Source: Terriglobia bacterium (lineage in GTDB: Bacteria; Acidobacteriota; Terriglobia; JAJPHL01; JAPKYU01). From it: 64,000 nucleotides of DNA. Within the stretch, counting starts at the first letter, position 1; every line of letters begins with the position of its first letter. Positions 62,290-64,000 of this stretch are shown here, piece after piece. The position numbers were made by a program, and so were the translations under genes. Location: contig CBDBKE010000004.1 in NCBI GenBank assembly GCA_965206645.1, positions 672,001 through 736,000 of the forward strand, given 5' to 3'. Below the pieces are notes generated by a model. That model did no database searches. It was given only the letters and a program-made list of their open reading frames with translations, and was not told the origin of the DNA.

Positions 62290-62652
62290 CTAGGAAGGCC
62301 CGCAGCAGAAACAGGAGTCTGCGGGTCTCTGTGGAGCAAATGCTGCCGCAGGATGGATTTTCGCGCAGCTAAGCTGCTCGGCGCGACTCTTGCGGGTCCG
62401 CTTGGGTTTTGTCTCGTCGGGGAGTGCGCCTACCCGCTGGGCGTTAAGGGAAGCCAGCACCTGCTCGTAGGCCGACAGCTTTTGTTTCTTGGCGCCCCCT
62501 TTACCATGCCGGTATTCATGCTCGTGCTGGCAGGTGCGGCAGCGCACCCTGCTGACTGCCCCCTCCATCATGGAAACCACGGAGTGATTCGTCAGCAGCC
62601 GGCACCGAGTGCAATAGTCGTCAATAATGTCACCTAGGCGAATGTCTGACAT
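62290..62652 (-). CDS. Conserved zinc-ribbon hypothetical protein
   Basis: RLGDIIDDYCTRC...TNH...CRTCQHEH; GGAGG RBS. 3' end uncertain. Confidence 0.75.
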   Translation of the reverse strand: MSDIRLGDIIDDYCTRCRLLTNHSVVSMMEGAVSRVRCRTCQHEHEYRHGKGGAKKQKLSAYEQVLASLNAQRVGALPDETKPKRTRKSRAEQLSCAKIHPAAAFAPQRPADSCFCCGPS

Positions 62653-62822
62653 GGCGCCTCCGGGTTTCGGAGCATCAGTTGAGCCCGATCCCCGAGGACT
62701 GGAAAAGTGGGCCAATTATACTGCAACTTCACCTTGCGTCAATAGAGGAACCCCGGCGGGGTTAGTGCATGGAATCTCTTTTAGCGCATTACTCCCGGCG
62801 GCAGTGCAGCAACTCGGCCGTT

Positions 62823-63683
62823 TCAGGCCTGGGCGGGTACCCGCTGGTGGGACTCCACGTAGTTGCGGACGTAGGCCTGGAAGGCAGTTTTCAGGCGCGC
62901 TGTCACCGGGCCTTGCGGAAGGGGACTACCGTCCAGTTCGCGCACCGGCATCAGTTCGCGGGTGGTGGAAGAGAGAAACACCTCGTCGGCCGTGCGCAGA
63001 TCGTCGAGGTGCAGAACCTGCTCTCGCATCTCCAGCCCCAATTGAGGCCCGAGCTTGAGCACAATGCGACGGGTGACTCCCGGCAAGCAACCGGAGTCCA
63101 GCGACGAGGTCAGCAGCTTTCCCTGCCGTACGGCGAACAGGTTGGCTGCGGTGCACTCGCTGACCTCGCCACGCTCGTTCAGCAGCACCGTTTCGTCGAA
63201 GCCTCGCTCCCGCACCTCCTCTAGCGTGGCCACATTGGCGACCCAGGAGAGCATCTTAGCGCCCGCCAGTGCCGAAGCGGCATGGCGGGCGTGCGGCGAT
63301 ACCGTCAGGCGCGCCGAAGACGGCCAGGGGGGCAACTCGGCGGTGAACAACAGGTAATCGGTCTCGCACCCGGTTTTGACGCTCCACATCCCTGCTCGAT
63401 TCCTCACGAAGGAAAGCCGCGCGGCGGCTTCGCGCACGCCATTGGCCGAAATCAGCTGCAGTAACTGCTGCCGGATCTGTTCGGGCTCAAAGTCCAGCTG
63501 CATCCGCAGGCGCTGGGCGTCGTGGCTCACACGCTCCCAGTGGAGCTCAAAGGCAAACGGGACACCCCCATAAATGCGGAGAGTAGTGAAGACGCCCCAG
63601 CCTGTCAGCAGGCCAACTTGCCCAGGCGACAGGCACGCTTCGATCGGCCTTAAGACACCGTTGTGCACGATCCGCGAATGCAT
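62823..63683 (-). CDS. Class IV aminotransferase (PabC/branched-chain type)
   Basis: GWGVFTTLR, AKMLS, ECTAANLF, LPGVTR, DEVFLSSTTRE. Confidence 0.92.
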   Translation of the reverse strand: MHSRIVHNGVLRPIEACLSPGQVGLLTGWGVFTTLRIYGGVPFAFELHWERVSHDAQRLRMQLDFEPEQIRQQLLQLISANGVREAAARLSFVRNRAGMWSVKTGCETDYLLFTAELPPWPSSARLTVSPHARHAASALAGAKMLSWVANVATLEEVRERGFDETVLLNERGEVSECTAANLFAVRQGKLLTSSLDSGCLPGVTRRIVLKLGPQLGLEMREQVLHLDDLRTADEVFLSSTTRELMPVRELDGSPLPQGPVTARLKTAFQAYVRNYVESHQRVPAQA

Positions 63684-63737
63684 CGCTCTAACTCACCAGC
63701 CTGAGCCACACCCGACCAGTAAAGTTCCCAATATACT

Positions 63738-64000
63738 TCAACGACGTGCGGAGGCAGCGGTTGTCCGATGAGAAGTTTTCCGGTCCTTGGCGGGAAAGTG
63801 ACGAAGCCCTCCTCCCCGCATCAACCCTGCCGCATCAACCCTTCGGGGGGCGGTTCAAGTAACGGGCAAACACGACTTCATTGCCTTGCTGGTTGTAAAT
63901 CAGCTCGTCGGCGATGCCTCGTGTTAGCAGGATGCCAAAGCCGCCAGGGCGCTTTCCGCTGGCCTCCCGCACCTCCAGGTGCTGGAAAGGCTCCTCGTCC
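63738..64000 (-). CDS. C-terminus of an RsbW-like HATPase domain protein (5' part outside the window)
   Basis: Hand translation ...REASGKRPGGFGILLTRGIADELIYNQQGNEVVFARYL... Confidence 0.7.

Overview
GC-rich bacterial chromosome segment, most likely Acidobacteriota (inferred from a TIGR03437-type C-terminal domain, DUF1800/DUF1501 and DUF1552/DUF1592 pairs, and the style of the STAS, RsbW-like and REP elements). Most of it is housekeeping: a DAACS symporter, mutS-nagZ-anmK, dtd, ackA, thiO, orphan nuoI, ypdA, pilT-like, nadE, bshC, trkA, carAB, lepB, tRNA-Ser(GCT) and several secreted hydrolases. The accessory pieces that stand out are: (1) a two-gene operon for a secreted 12-cysteine mini-protein and a membrane-anchored partner, with its own AT-rich promoter (7315-8604); (2) an integrase-less integron-like cassette array with attC-like and attI-like sites (56158-57945); (3) a RAYT transposase between two inverted 65-bp bipartite REP units plus a GIY-YIG-like ORF, together splitting carA from carB; (4) an att-like remnant after tRNA-Ser; (5) pervasive short (about 9-23 bp) tandem duplications and several apparently leaderless genes. 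Several frameshifts and a noisy ~230-bp duplication at the bshC start may be sequencing or assembly errors. No CRISPR array or rRNA was seen. All assignments come from reading motifs by eye, not from database searches.
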